Position numbers and translations under genes: made by a program. A stretch of 64,000 bases of DNA from Lepidodermella squamata (Eukaryota; Animalia; Gastrotricha): the NCBI GenBank assembly GCA_047495785.1, contig JBLDXI010000021.1, positions 2,604,001 to 2,668,000 on the forward strand, in the 5' to 3' direction. Positions 47,182 to 57,713 of this stretch are shown here, piece by piece. The notes under the pieces were generated by a model, which was not told the DNA's origin, did no database searches, and saw nothing but the letters and a program-made list of their open reading frames with translations. The stretch's first letter is position 1; every line of letters starts with the position of its first letter.

Positions 47182-49238
47182 TTGGTAATAGTTTAATACA
47201 GACGAGCTGCAAACCGGGGCCTCTCGTTTTACCGAGAGTCAAACCGGGCCCTACCATTACTCCATCATAGGTATCCAAGATGAGCATCATTTTTATGTTT
47301 GTGATAATTCTTCATCACAAAAATTATGTGTTCCTAACCACTCCGCGATAATACTGAGATCCGATAAAAAATTCCCGACAAATGGCTCAAAGGAACTCAG
47401 ACAAAATTTGTATTCAAAGAATGAATACAATTCAATCAGAAGAATGACCCAGGGGAGTCATTTTCTGTTTGATCTTATTTTACCATGACCCAGGGGAGTC
47501 AGGCAAATTATTTATTTTACCATGACCCAGGGGAGTCAGGCAAATTATTAATATTTCACCATGACCCAAGGGAGTCAGGGAAATTACAAAGGATAGAATT
47601 AGAAATAAATAAATTGTAAACATTTCAACATAAGTCTACTGCCTTGGAACAGTTTCATAACTTTGAAAAAATTACTTCAAATTACATCAATATTCGTCAA
47701 ACGTTGAAGCAAAAGTTATGAAGGGTTTTACACTAGTGCCCTCAAACTTACTATATGTTGAAAACAAAGTTTAACAGATAGTGCTGTTGAAGAGCGATTG
47801 ATAATTTTACAGTCTTCGAGAAAGACTTTTATAAGCTTCTTTGATTGAATGGCTGCGTAAATTATTTGTTCGCCAGATTTTGCCAATCGTCGTGCCAAGT
47901 CAAGTCACATGGATCTTATTCATGCGTTGTATTTAATTAGCGAGTCGTTCTTTATGAATGAAATAAAATTCCAAGCTCAAGTCACGTGCAAACTAAAGCA
48001 CATAAAAAATTATTTCCAAGATATTTCGATGATTTTGCGCTAAAGCCGACCAACGAGAAAAAAATTCCTATACAGAGTACTGCGCACAATAAGAAGTACT
48101 ACGCGCGCATAATATTATAAGATATACTTATAGCCCGCATTCTGTGTGAAAAAAATGAATGTACTGGACAAATGACCAACAAATATAAGTGCGCTTTTGT
48201 GGATGTTACCATGAAATCTTCTGCTTACCTGGTAGAGAACTGTCGAAAGTATCAGGAAATCGATAGAAAAGCATGTGCAACCGTGGGTTATTCACCGCTA
48301 GGCGACTTGAAAATGATCTGAAATCGCAAAAACCTTGGAAAAATGCACCCACTGGTGTCTTGAGCGGCGTTTCTGCGAAAACCAAAATGGGTTCACCCAC
48401 AGTTTTTCACATTCCCTAGCCGAGCACATGGATAGCTTATTAGGGAAGTAAGAAATAGCCAGTTAATATGGAGGACATCCACGGCTTTTCAGTATTTTCC
48501 CTCCCGGCTTGAAAATCGTGGAAAAATCGAAAATTGTATGTTTTTAGTCGCTCTTATCTCGAAAACACCCATGGTTGCACCATAGCTTTTTGTGGTCAAA
48601 TAGGAGAAGGCACTAGGAGGAAGGTTTTAACAGGGAAAACAGCAAGAACCACCCCAACTTATCCAAGACTTTTTCGTCCTGATTAGCACTCACTACGTCA
48701 CACCCAACACCTCGAAAATGCATGGCCTGGCGTCTTTTGGGGCATTGCTGCAAGAAAGAGCATGGGTTCAACCACAGTTTTTCACGTCCTTTAGTAGAGC
48801 ACAAGAAGATCTTACTCAGGAAGTAAGAAATTGCCAGTAAATGCGGTGTTTATCCACGGGTTAAGAGTCTTTTCTCTCCACATCCGATTCAAGTCCGAAT
48901 CGAAGAGAAAGTGAGGATTTTTCATCTTTCATGGCACTTATCTTGAAAAAACCCGTGGCTGCACCATAAGTTTTTGTATTCAAACAGTAGAGGAGATTGA
49001 GAAGAAGGTTTCAAAAGAGAAAACAGCACGAACCACGACAACTTATCCACGACTTTTTCGCCTTGATGGACAATCACATTTTAAGCTCAAAATCGAACTT
49101 CAAAACTGGGCTATTCACCTTACCTTACGCGGCAGAGCCCTTATTTCACCTGTAACAAGTTGAATGAAGCGCATACTTCTTATAAAATAGCAAATATGCG
49201 GGTGCTACCATGATTTGCCATGATTTTCCATTCGGTCC
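47182..49238 (-). mobile_element. Non-coding telomere-attached module A (diverged relative of the 54-57 kb partner element)
   Basis: First ~95 nt are homologous to 54067-54160; bounded by telomeric tracts; contains 4x ATGACCCA(G/A)GGGAGTCA (47444-47577) and a ~375-bp diverged direct repeat (48440-49070). Confidence 0.6.
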
Positions 49239-49302
49239 GGGTTAGGGTTAGGGTTAGGGTTAGGGTTAGGGTTAGGGTTAGGGTTAGGGTTAGTAGGGTT
49301 AG
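49239..49302 (+). repeat. Telomeric tract (GGGTTA)9 plus variant GTAGGGTTAG
   Basis: Directly visible. Confidence 0.97.
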
Positions 49303-50251
49303 TACTATGGTCCTCCGGTTCAATGTATTGCAAATTTTCAAGCAAAACTTTCCACCCCGTGACCAAGTTGTCACGGAGGTTCGTGCTGGTCATTGAGGCG
49401 CAGGCTTGACGCCACGCGTTGACGAATTCTTCACGCGGTTCGCCGAGGTTGATGCCGCGGGCCTTGCGGATGACCGTAACCGAGCTGCCTTGACTGCAGA
49501 CGCTGTTGAAGGCGCGAGCGGTGTAGAGCGGTAGCGAGTCGGGGTCGCAGTAGAGGAACGCTTGCGACGCGTCGTCGTAGGCTAAGTGGGCGGCACCTGC
49601 GTGAGCCCAGCCGGAGCGGAGGCGAAGCGAGGTGACGGTGGCGGCGGCGAAACTGTCGCGTTCTGCAACGACTTTCGGGTCGACGAGCGAGTCTGTGGGA
49701 AAGAATTTGTTCATGCCATTAATAAAATTTCTTTCATGTGGCGTATAGCCGCCGCTGTTAACAGCAGTGCTAATGCGCGCCCGAATAATAAAATGATTAA
49801 TAAATGATGCAAGCTTGGCCTGATATCGCTCGAGGATATCGTGACGGTGCTGTTGCTCGAGCCGTTGACGACGGTTAGAGGGCGGTGGTGGCGGCGGTGA
49901 CGCGTTCCTTGGAGCACGATTGCTCGGAGCGGGCGGACGCTGCTCTCGCCATGAGCGGTCGCGATAGCGGTCTTCTCGGTCTTGAGGACGGTCTTCGCGG
50001 TAGTAATGGCGGTCGTCGCGGTAGCGCTGACGGTCTTCGTCACGGTGACGGTGTTGTTGTCGATGTTGATCGTCTTGTTCGCGGTAACGCGATTGAGACG
50101 GCGGCGGTGGTTGACGATGGCGACCGGCGGTTGATGTCGAATTGTGGTAGACATAACGGAAGCCGCCAATGTAAGCGCGCTTCGCCGGATCGTTGTTGGC
50201 CGTGGTGAACCCGTTGTAATTATTTGCAACAAAGCGATTGTGATTTGACAT
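49293..50251 (-). CDS. PLE-1 ORF1, N-terminal part (runs into telomeric repeats)
   Basis: MSNHNRFVANNYNGFT...FRYVYHNS is homologous to the N-terminus of the 831-aa ORF1 at 61134-63629. Confidence 0.8.
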
Positions 50252-50273
50252 TTATCAAGATTTATTTATACTT

Positions 50274-50307
50274 TCAACTAACGCGTTTCAAATTTCATCA
50301 GAGTTGA
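50274..50307 (-). ncRNA. Minimal type I hammerhead ribozyme
   Basis: Minus strand: TCAACT CTGATGA AATTT GAAAC GC GTT^AGTTGA; stem I TCAACT/AGTTGA. Confidence 0.8.
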
Positions 50308-51276
50308 GTGTGAAAACAGATAGATTCGTCGTCGTATTTAACCTAGCGAAGCTGCGCCCACTCGGTCCAGGTGAGATCGTGTTAGGCGCAGCCGCTTAAC
50401 GCAACAGCTGTACATTAATTAACAATAATCTGTGTGTAACGAGGCGTTGACTAGGCGTGGCGCGGCAGAAGGCGAAAACAGGTGTGCGCCGAGGTGCTGT
50501 AATCCCTAATCCCTCGCAGGTGCTCGGGTGATCACGAGCGGATTAACAGAAGGGAGCGAGAGCGGATAATCATTAAGCAGTGATTAAGTCCTGATGACTA
50601 CCGGCGTTGAGAGCTACTCGGAAGGAGGTTTGGCGGACGTAACAAATCGACCGCGAAGAAAAAATCCGGCGTGACAACGGGGCGCAAAAGTAGGCAATTT
50701 ATCAAAAACTTGCAGAAGTGACACAATTGCAGCCGAGGTGTGTTTCTAGATGTAAGAGACCACGGAGAGCTCAAAAATCGAGGTCCCAGACTCACACGAG
50801 CTGGCGTTTGGAAGTAAACATCAAAATACAAAAATATTTTCGGTTTTTTCCGGATTTCGTGAAAACTAAGTCGAAAATCAAAATTCGAAGATCGGAGCAA
50901 AAAACTACATCATATGACACATCCAAATATGCTAGTCATTAAAACGTGGTCATACTTTCATATTAGTGAGCTCGCAGTTTTTGCCGTTTTACGCGAAAAC
51001 GGTGAGGATTGGCGATCAAACAACAGTAACGTGACCCATATGTCTAGAACAGACCACGCGGAATCGATTGGAACTATTTCCCGGGAGAGTAGGTGTCACG
51101 GTTAACGAGATAATCGACTTTTACGAAAATAAATTTTGGTGAAGTGAGCGGAAGAGCGCGTAAGAGCGCACATAAGTAATTTCAGTGACTATTCACACGT
51201 TTCGCAACATTAGAACATTATTACAGATTAATTGAGCGAGAGAATTTTGAGGCGAAAAACTTTGAGCCAGAGCACG

Positions 51277-53082
51277 CTAACAGTCTTTAGTGCGGCAGAG
51301 CTGCTTGACCAGCGACGGGCCGAGGCGTGTGACGACGCGATGCCGGTGCCGTTTGGCGACGTCGAGTAGTGGCTGCAGACCGCGAACGAACTTGGTTTCG
51401 TGCTCCGGCCGCCAGTCACGATCGACCGGTCGCGAGTCAGCACGGTGTCGTAGAAACGGCCAGTCGAGGCCGGCGCAGCCGTCGACAACGCTGCGGCAGA
51501 TTGCGAAGACGTCCGCGTCGTGATAGCCGTACTTGCTGGCGGAGGCGGCGAGACTGAACACGGCCGAGGCCAGGTCCTGTGTGTTGTTACAAATTCGAAC
51601 AAAATTAAGTAAACGACCAGAAATAGCTGCACGTAAGGTGGAAAGAGGGTGATTAGAATCTGCGTGCAATAAAGGCAGCGCATTCATAGGCTTAAAGTAA
51701 ACCCCTGTTCGAATTGAACCGTCTTCAAACTTCTGCATTCGCACGTCGAGCACGTTAGCGCAGTCGTTGCTGATGTCGATTTCCAGTTTGATGCGAGGGT
51801 GCAGCGCGCTGTAGCCATTGCCCAGGTTGACGGCGGCTTCGTGGCTGGTAGCGACCGCGAAAATGTCGTCTCGGTAGCGTTTGAACAGTAGGAGGCCCTC
51901 GGAGCGGGCGACGAGGTCGCGTTCGAGAACGAAGAGAAAGGCGTCGGCGACGACGGGCGCGGTGTTCGACCCCATCGGGATGCCGTGCACTTGCCGATAA
52001 CGAGCGCCTGCAAATAGAAAAATATTGAATTTAAGCGTGATTTTTAATATTTCGACAACAAGATGGCGTTCTGCCTGAGACCCGATACTGTTCTCGCGCA
52101 GTAGTAGTTCGATAGCGGCGATGCCTTCGTCGATCGGGACGTTGGTGTAGAGATCGCTGACGTCGGCGGTGAAGAACGTAGCGTCGAGACCGCTTGTGTC
52201 GATTGACCGCACGGCTGAAAGCAGGTCGATTGTAGACATCGCACACGTCGTCATGAAGTAATTCAGCGGTTTACAGAAGGCGGCGGCGACCTTGTCTGCG
52301 GCTGCGAGCGCGGTACCTAGACAGTCGACGATCGGGCGAATCTTCGGTAGACCATCGACGTCGTTCGGTTTATGCATTTTCGGCAAGAAGTAGATGTACC
52401 GGTCACGCGTTGGCACGAGGTCGAGACCGCGGAGCAGCTTGCGTTGCGCCGCGGTACCTGAGGCGTTGATTCGCTCGACCAGAGTCTTCATTGCTTCCAG
52501 CCCGGCGGTTGACTCGTCTTCAGTGGCGTTGACGTAGTTGGCGGTTGACAGATGCTTCGTTGCCATTCGGTTGTAGTCTTCTTTCTTGAGATAGACCATG
52601 GCCGAGCCCTTATCCGACTTCTTAAAGACGCCGTTGTTGCGGAGCGCCTTGATTCGTCGCAGCTGCGGGTCGTCGTTGAGCGGGCCGATTGTGAGCGTTC
52701 GGGCAGGCTGAGCGTGACGGATGACAACTTGGCCGTTGATGCCTACGATAGGCCCTACGAAGCGTTTCGAGAACGGTACCGCTGGGACCGAGACGTCGTA
52801 GCGGTGATCGGCTCGCGGTTGAACGGTTGCACCTAGAAGATCTGACATAGATTTTAGTGAGGCAAATTTTTCTTTTTTAGTAAAATTTATAATTTTAAGG
52901 CCCCGCTCGAGTGCCTGTTTCTCGGCGGGCGCCAAACTCCCTGTCAGATCAATGACTGACGGCAGGGAACAGCGGTGAAGGCTGAAGGCGGTACCATTCT
53001 GGACAAGGCACGACATGCCCGTCAGCCCTAGCGACTTTAAAAAACGAGATCGCGGCTTTTCGATGCCTCCCTGCCTTGTCAC
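51277..53082 (-). CDS. PLE-1 reverse transcriptase, no GIY-YIG endonuclease
   Basis: YFLPKMHK..PKIRPIV, FFTADVSDLYTNVP, YRQVHGIPMGS, FKRYRDDIF, GVYFKP; stops at LVKQLCRTKDC. Confidence 0.93.
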   Translation of the reverse strand: MTRQGGIEKPRSRFLKSLGLTGMSCLVQNGTAFSLHRCSLPSVIDLTGSLAPAEKQALERGLKIINFTKKEKFASLKSMSDLLGATVQPRADHRYDVSVPAVPFSKRFVGPIVGINGQVVIRHAQPARTLTIGPLNDDPQLRRIKALRNNGVFKKSDKGSAMVYLKKEDYNRMATKHLSTANYVNATEDESTAGLEAMKTLVERINASGTAAQRKLLRGLDLVPTRDRYIYFLPKMHKPNDVDGLPKIRPIVDCLGTALAAADKVAAAFCKPLNYFMTTCAMSTIDLLSAVRSIDTSGLDATFFTADVSDLYTNVPIDEGIAAIELLLRENSIGSQAERHLVVEILKITLKFNIFLFAGARYRQVHGIPMGSNTAPVVADAFLFVLERDLVARSEGLLLFKRYRDDIFAVATSHEAAVNLGNGYSALHPRIKLEIDISNDCANVLDVRMQKFEDGSIRTGVYFKPMNALPLLHADSNHPLSTLRAAISGRLLNFVRICNNTQDLASAVFSLAASASKYGYHDADVFAICRSVVDGCAGLDWPFLRHRADSRPVDRDWRPEHETKFVRGLQPLLDVAKRHRHRVVTRLGPSLVKQLCRTKDC

Positions 53083-53976
53083 CGTGAACTGTGGCGATGT
53101 GTTCGCATAGGGCGTTGATCGAACCGCGGTGAGGTTTGTGAAGACACTTGCTGCCGTCCACCATCTTCTTGCCGCAGTACCAGAAGTGTTCTAATTCGTT
53201 CCATTCGACGCCGATTTCCGGGTCTTCTTTCTTCGTCTTCTGCCACCATTCGCGCCGGTACTTGGCCGTGTTGACTCCGCGTTGCTGAGCGAACGTTTTC
53301 GGCGAGACTTGTTGCGCGTTGGTGTTCGAACGTTTCGACTGACCGGGCGCGTTGTTGTAAACTTTCGATGCGGACGCGGCGTTTTCACCGTACATCTTCT
53401 TCGCGGGTACAGCCTTGGGCTTCGCTTTCGGAGCGACGGTCGAGATCGCTTGTTGTTTCGCGGTGGGCGGACGAGCTGTAGGCGATGGCTCCTTCTCTTC
53501 TTCTTGACGCTTCCGCTTCGACGACACTGAAGGCGGAGGCGCGACCGGGTGGGTCACGCGTTGAGAGTTCGGCGTGAGCCCGAAGAAATCCGACGCGACC
53601 ATGATAACATTTTCTCTAGGAAAAAGTGGGTTATTATTAATTAAAGCTTCGGCCGCTGTAGCGGCAGCCAGAAGCGCTGTGTCGCTCGCAGTATCGATGA
53701 CAGGTGACGAGATCTTCCTCGGTGCGGCGGGCTGAACCGATTGTTCAGAGGCGCGTGTTGTGGTCGGAGTGACCGAATCGGTGTTGTTGTTGTTCGATTC
53801 GACGACGACGACGGGTGAGGCGTTACGTGCGCTGGCCACGACTGGCGGTGAGGCGGTAGGCGTCCGCGTTGTCGGAGACTTGGCGACTGGCGCGGCGATA
53901 GGTTCGCTGTTCTTGTTGACGATGGGTGAGGCGACGGCGGCGGCTGCTGGAGGCGCGACCTTCGATGTGACGTCGA
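52949..53976 (-). CDS. PLE-1 ORF1, C-terminal part with C2H2/BED-like zinc finger (5' truncated by telomeric tract)
   Basis: WYCGKKMVDGSKCLHKPHRGSINALCEHIATVH; homologous to the PLE-2 ORF1 C-terminus. Confidence 0.8.
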
Positions 53977-54066
53977 GGGTTAGGGTTAGGGTTAGGGTTA
54001 GGGTTAGGGTTAGGGTTAGGGTTAGGGTTAGGGTTAGGGTTGGGGTTAGGGTTAGGGTTAGGGTTA
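53977..54066 (+). repeat. Telomeric tract, 15 units (one TTGGGG variant)
   Basis: Directly visible. Confidence 0.98.
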
Positions 54067-54249
54067 TTGTAATGATTTAATACAGACGAGCTGTAAACCG
54101 GGGATTCTCCGAAGAGAATGACACCGGGCCCTACCACTACTCCCTCGGGAGCCGATCCAGAGAACGTGGTCTCAGTGATCAGAACAAACAATGGAACGAT
54201 CGGAAACCGCGCGAGATTAATCCGATAATATTCAATATCAGGACCACGA
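54067..54249 (-). mobile_element. Short truncated copy of non-autonomous partner element B (3' end only)
   Basis: Identical to 54328-54510; capped by a telomeric tract. Confidence 0.85.
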
Positions 54250-54327
54250 GGGTTAGGGTTAGGGTTAGGGTTAGGGTTAGGGTTAGGGTTAGGGTTAGGG
54301 TTAGGGTTAGGGTTGGGGTTAGGGTTA
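54250..54327 (+). repeat. Telomeric tract, 13 units (one TTGGGG variant)
   Basis: Directly visible. Confidence 0.98.
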
Positions 54328-54684
54328 TTGTAATGATTTAATACAGACGAGCTGTAAACCGGGGATTCTCCGAAGAGAATGACACCGGGCCCTACCACTA
54401 CTCCCTCGGGAGCCGATCCAGAGAACGTGGTCTCAGTGATCAGAACAAACAATGGAACGATCGGAAACCGCGCGAGATTAATCCGATAATATTCAATATC
54501 AGGACCACGAGGGGTTCGCCGATATAATTAGATAGTCACGGGGGACTGCTGTATAAACTCGCAAACATTAATTAAACAAGTTCATTACCGAAACTCCAAA
54601 GAACGTTGTCGTTTGTAACTGCTTAAACCAGTTAAACCAGCAATTGTAACTGCATAAACCATGAATGAAATGGAACCGTAAACT

Positions 54685-54753
54685 AAGAGGTAGCCTTTAT
54701 CAGACCGGTTTCGCTACTTGGCTAGGGTAGCTCATCAGTGACTTTTACCTCTT
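54685..54753 (-). ncRNA. Type I hammerhead ribozyme
   Basis: Minus strand: AAGAGGTA AAA GTCA CTGATGA GCTAC-CCTAGCCAA-GTAGC GAAAC CG GTC^TGAT AAAGGC TACCTCTT; stem II and extended stem I pair. Confidence 0.9.
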
Positions 54754-55040
54754 GCAAAAGAATGATTTTATTCTGCTAGCTTGAGCATTTAAATAGGCAG
54801 CAGGCCACGTTTATCCAAGCAAGGTCAGGCGCCACATGCTTGATTTTTCGTGTGTGTAAGATCACGTGAATGCGTGATTTCATGCGTGAAAAACTTTATT
54901 TTATTATCGTGCAGCATTTTAATTTCCCCATAATATAATTTATTAGTGACTTGTTGAAAATGTCGAATGTATTTATTATCGTAATCATTTTATCTCATAT
55001 AAACAGTTCCATGTCATAAATTTAAAATCAGACGGTCATC

Positions 55041-57237
55041 GAGCAACATGTGATGAAATTTGAAACCTCAAAAAATTAATTTTAAACTTAGAAATAGGTC
55101 ATTTGGCATCGCTCTGGAACCTTTTCGGTCAACGTAACTGGCAACGTGACTTGATATTCACGATCAGCGGTCCTTGTAGTACTAATTCCGTGAAATATTC
55201 ATGACTTGGTTCAGGATTGAGCTACTTGTGATGAAATTTGAGACCTCAAAAAATTAATTTTAAACTTCGAAATAGGTCATTTGGCATCGCTCTGGAACCT
55301 TTTCGGTCAACGCAACTGGCAAAGTGACTTGATATTCACGATCAGCGGTCCTTGTAATACTAATTTCGTGAAATATTCATGACTTGGTTCAGGATTGAGC
55401 AACTTGTGATGAAATTTGAAACCTCAAAAAATTAATTTTAAACTTCGAAATAGGTCATTTGGCATCGCTCTGGAACCTTTTCGGTCAACGCAACTGGCAA
55501 AGTGACTTGATATTCACGATCAGCGGTCCTTGTAGTACTAATTCCGTGAGATATTCATGACTTGGTTCAGGATTGAGCAACTTGTGATGAGATTTGAGAC
55601 CTCAAAAAATTAATTTTAAACTTCGAAATAGGTCATTTGGCATCGCTCTGGAACCTTTTCGGTCAACGCAACTGGCAAAGTGACTTGATATTCACGATCA
55701 GCGGTCCTTGTAGTACTAATTCCGTGAAATATTCATGACTTGGTTCAGGATTGAGCAACTTGTGATGAAATTTGAAACCTCAAAAAATTAATTTTAAACT
55801 TCGAAATAGGTCATTTGGCATCGCTCTGGAACCTTTTCGGTCAACGCAACTGGCAAAGTGACTTGATATTCACGATCAGCGGTCCTTGTAGTACTAATTC
55901 CGTGAGATATTCATGACTTGGTTCAGGATTGAGCAACTTGTGATGAGATTTGAGACCTCAAAAAATTAATTTTAAACTTCGAAATAGGTCATTTGGCATC
56001 GCTCTGGAACCTTTTCGGTCAACGCAACTGGCAAAGTGACTTGATATTCACGATCAGCGGTCCTTGTAGTACTAATTCCGTGAAATATTCATGACTTGGT
56101 TCAGGATTGAGCAACTTGTGATGAAATTTGAAACCTCAAAAAATTAATTTTAAACTTAGAAATAGGTCATTTGGCATCGCTCTGGAACCTTTTCGGTCAA
56201 CGCAACTGGCAAAGTGACTTGATATTCACGATCAGCGGTCCTTGTAGTACTAATTCCGTGAAATATTCATGACTTGGTTCAGGATTGAGCAACTTGTGAT
56301 GAAATTTGAGACCTCAAAAAATTAATTTTAAACTTCGAAATAGGTCATTTGGCATCGCTCTGGAACCTTTTCGGTCAACGCAACTGGCAAAGTGACTTGA
56401 TATTCACGATCAGCGGTCCTTGTAGTACTAATTCCGTGAAATATTCATGACTTGGTTCAGGATTGAGCAACTTGTGATGAAATTTGAAACCTCAAAAAAT
56501 TAATTTTAAACTTCGAAATAGGTCATTTGGCATCGCTCTGGAACCTTTTCGGTCAACGCAACTGGCAAAGTGACTTGATATTCACGATCAGCGGTCCTTG
56601 TAGTACTAATTCCGTGAGATATTCATGACTTGGTTCAGGATTGAGCAACTTGTGATGAGATTTGAGACCTCAAAAAATTAATTTTAAACTTCGAAATAGG
56701 TCATTTGGCATCGCTCTGGAACCTTTTCGGTCAACGCAACTGGCAAAGTGACTTGATATTCACGATCAGCGGTCCTTGTAGTACTAATTCCGTGAAATAT
56801 TCATGACTTGGTTCAGGATTGAGCAACTTGTGATGAAATTTGAAACCTCAAAAAATTAATTTTAAACTTAGAAATAGGTCATTTGGCATCGCTCTGGAAC
56901 CTTTTCGGTCAACGCAACTGGCAAAGTGACTTGATATTCACGATCAGCGGTCCTTGTAGTACTAATTCCGTGAAATATTCATGACTTGGTTCAGGATTGA
57001 GCAACTTGTGATGAAATTTGAGACCTCAAAAAATTAATTTTAAACTTCGAAATAGGTCATTTGGCATCGCTCTGGAACCTTTTCGGTCAACGCAACTGGC
57101 AAAGTGACTTGATATTCACGATCAGCGGTCCTTGTAGTACTAATTCCGTGAAATATTCATGACTTGGTTCAGGATTGAGCAACTTGTGATGAAATTTGAA
57201 ACCTCAAAAAATTAATTTGCAACTTCGAAATAGGTCT
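55041..57237. repeat. 178-bp tandem satellite, ~12.3 copies
   Basis: GAGCAAC/GAGCTAC starts at 55041, 55219, 55397 ... 57177 (period 178). Confidence 0.97.
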
Positions 57238-57551
57238 TTTGGTTTCGCTCAAGAGCACCTCGTTCCCCTTCACAGCCCCTTTGGTTTCTTGGTGATACAT
57301 TGTACCGAACGGGCAAGATCAGTTAGGGTTATTGTAATGATTTAATACAGACGAGCTGTAAACCGGGGATTCTCCGAAGAGAATGACACCGGGCCCTACC
57401 ACTACTCCCTCGGGAGCCGATCCAGAGAACGTGGTCTCAGTGATCAGAACAAACAATGGAACGATCGGAAACCGCGCGAGATTAATCCGATAATATTCAA
57501 TATCAGGACCACGAGGGGTTCGCCGATATAATTAGATAGTCACGGGGGACT

Positions 57552-57713
57552 GGGTTAGGGTTAGGGTTAGGGTTAGGGTTAGGGTTAGGGTTAGGGTTAG
57601 GGTTAGGGTTAGGGTTAGGGTTAGGGTTAGGGTTAGGGTTAGGGTTAGGGTTAGGGTTAGGGTTAGGGTTAGGGTTAGGGTTAGGGTTAGGGTTAGGGTT
57701 AGGGTTAGGGTTA
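57552..57713 (+). repeat. Telomeric tract (GGGTTA)27
   Basis: Directly visible. Confidence 0.98.

Larger units (their letters stand above)
49293..53976 (-). mobile_element. Endonuclease-less Penelope-like (Athena-type) retroelement 1, circularly permuted and 5'-truncated
   Basis: Minus-strand order: ORF1 3' part, RT, spacer, hammerhead, ORF1 5' part; both ends abut telomeric tracts. Confidence 0.88.
54328..57551 (-). mobile_element. Non-autonomous partner element B: 3004-bp unit plus 220-bp terminal repeat; carries hammerhead and satellite
   Basis: 57332-57551 repeats 54328-54547; native GTTAGGGTTA at the junction (57322-57331); no credible ORF. Confidence 0.8.

Noticed and set aside
54067-54160. 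End structure as a twister, pistol or HDV ribozyme
   Set aside because: Only partial motif resemblance (GTGGT-AGGGC, CCGG stems); the required pseudoknots and cores could not be built.
53760-54452. ORFs with poly(NP) or poly(RV)
   Set aside because: Artefacts of stop-free telomeric frames and the duplicated end module.
55050-55075. Satellite monomer contains TGATGAAATTTGAAAC, identical to most of the PLE-1 hammerhead core
   Set aside because: Essential C3 is G, there is no stem I or III pairing, it is on the opposite strand to the other hammerheads, and half the monomers have GAGAC.
55041-57237. Regular repeat array as CRISPR
   Set aside because: No unique spacers, eukaryotic context, no cas genes.
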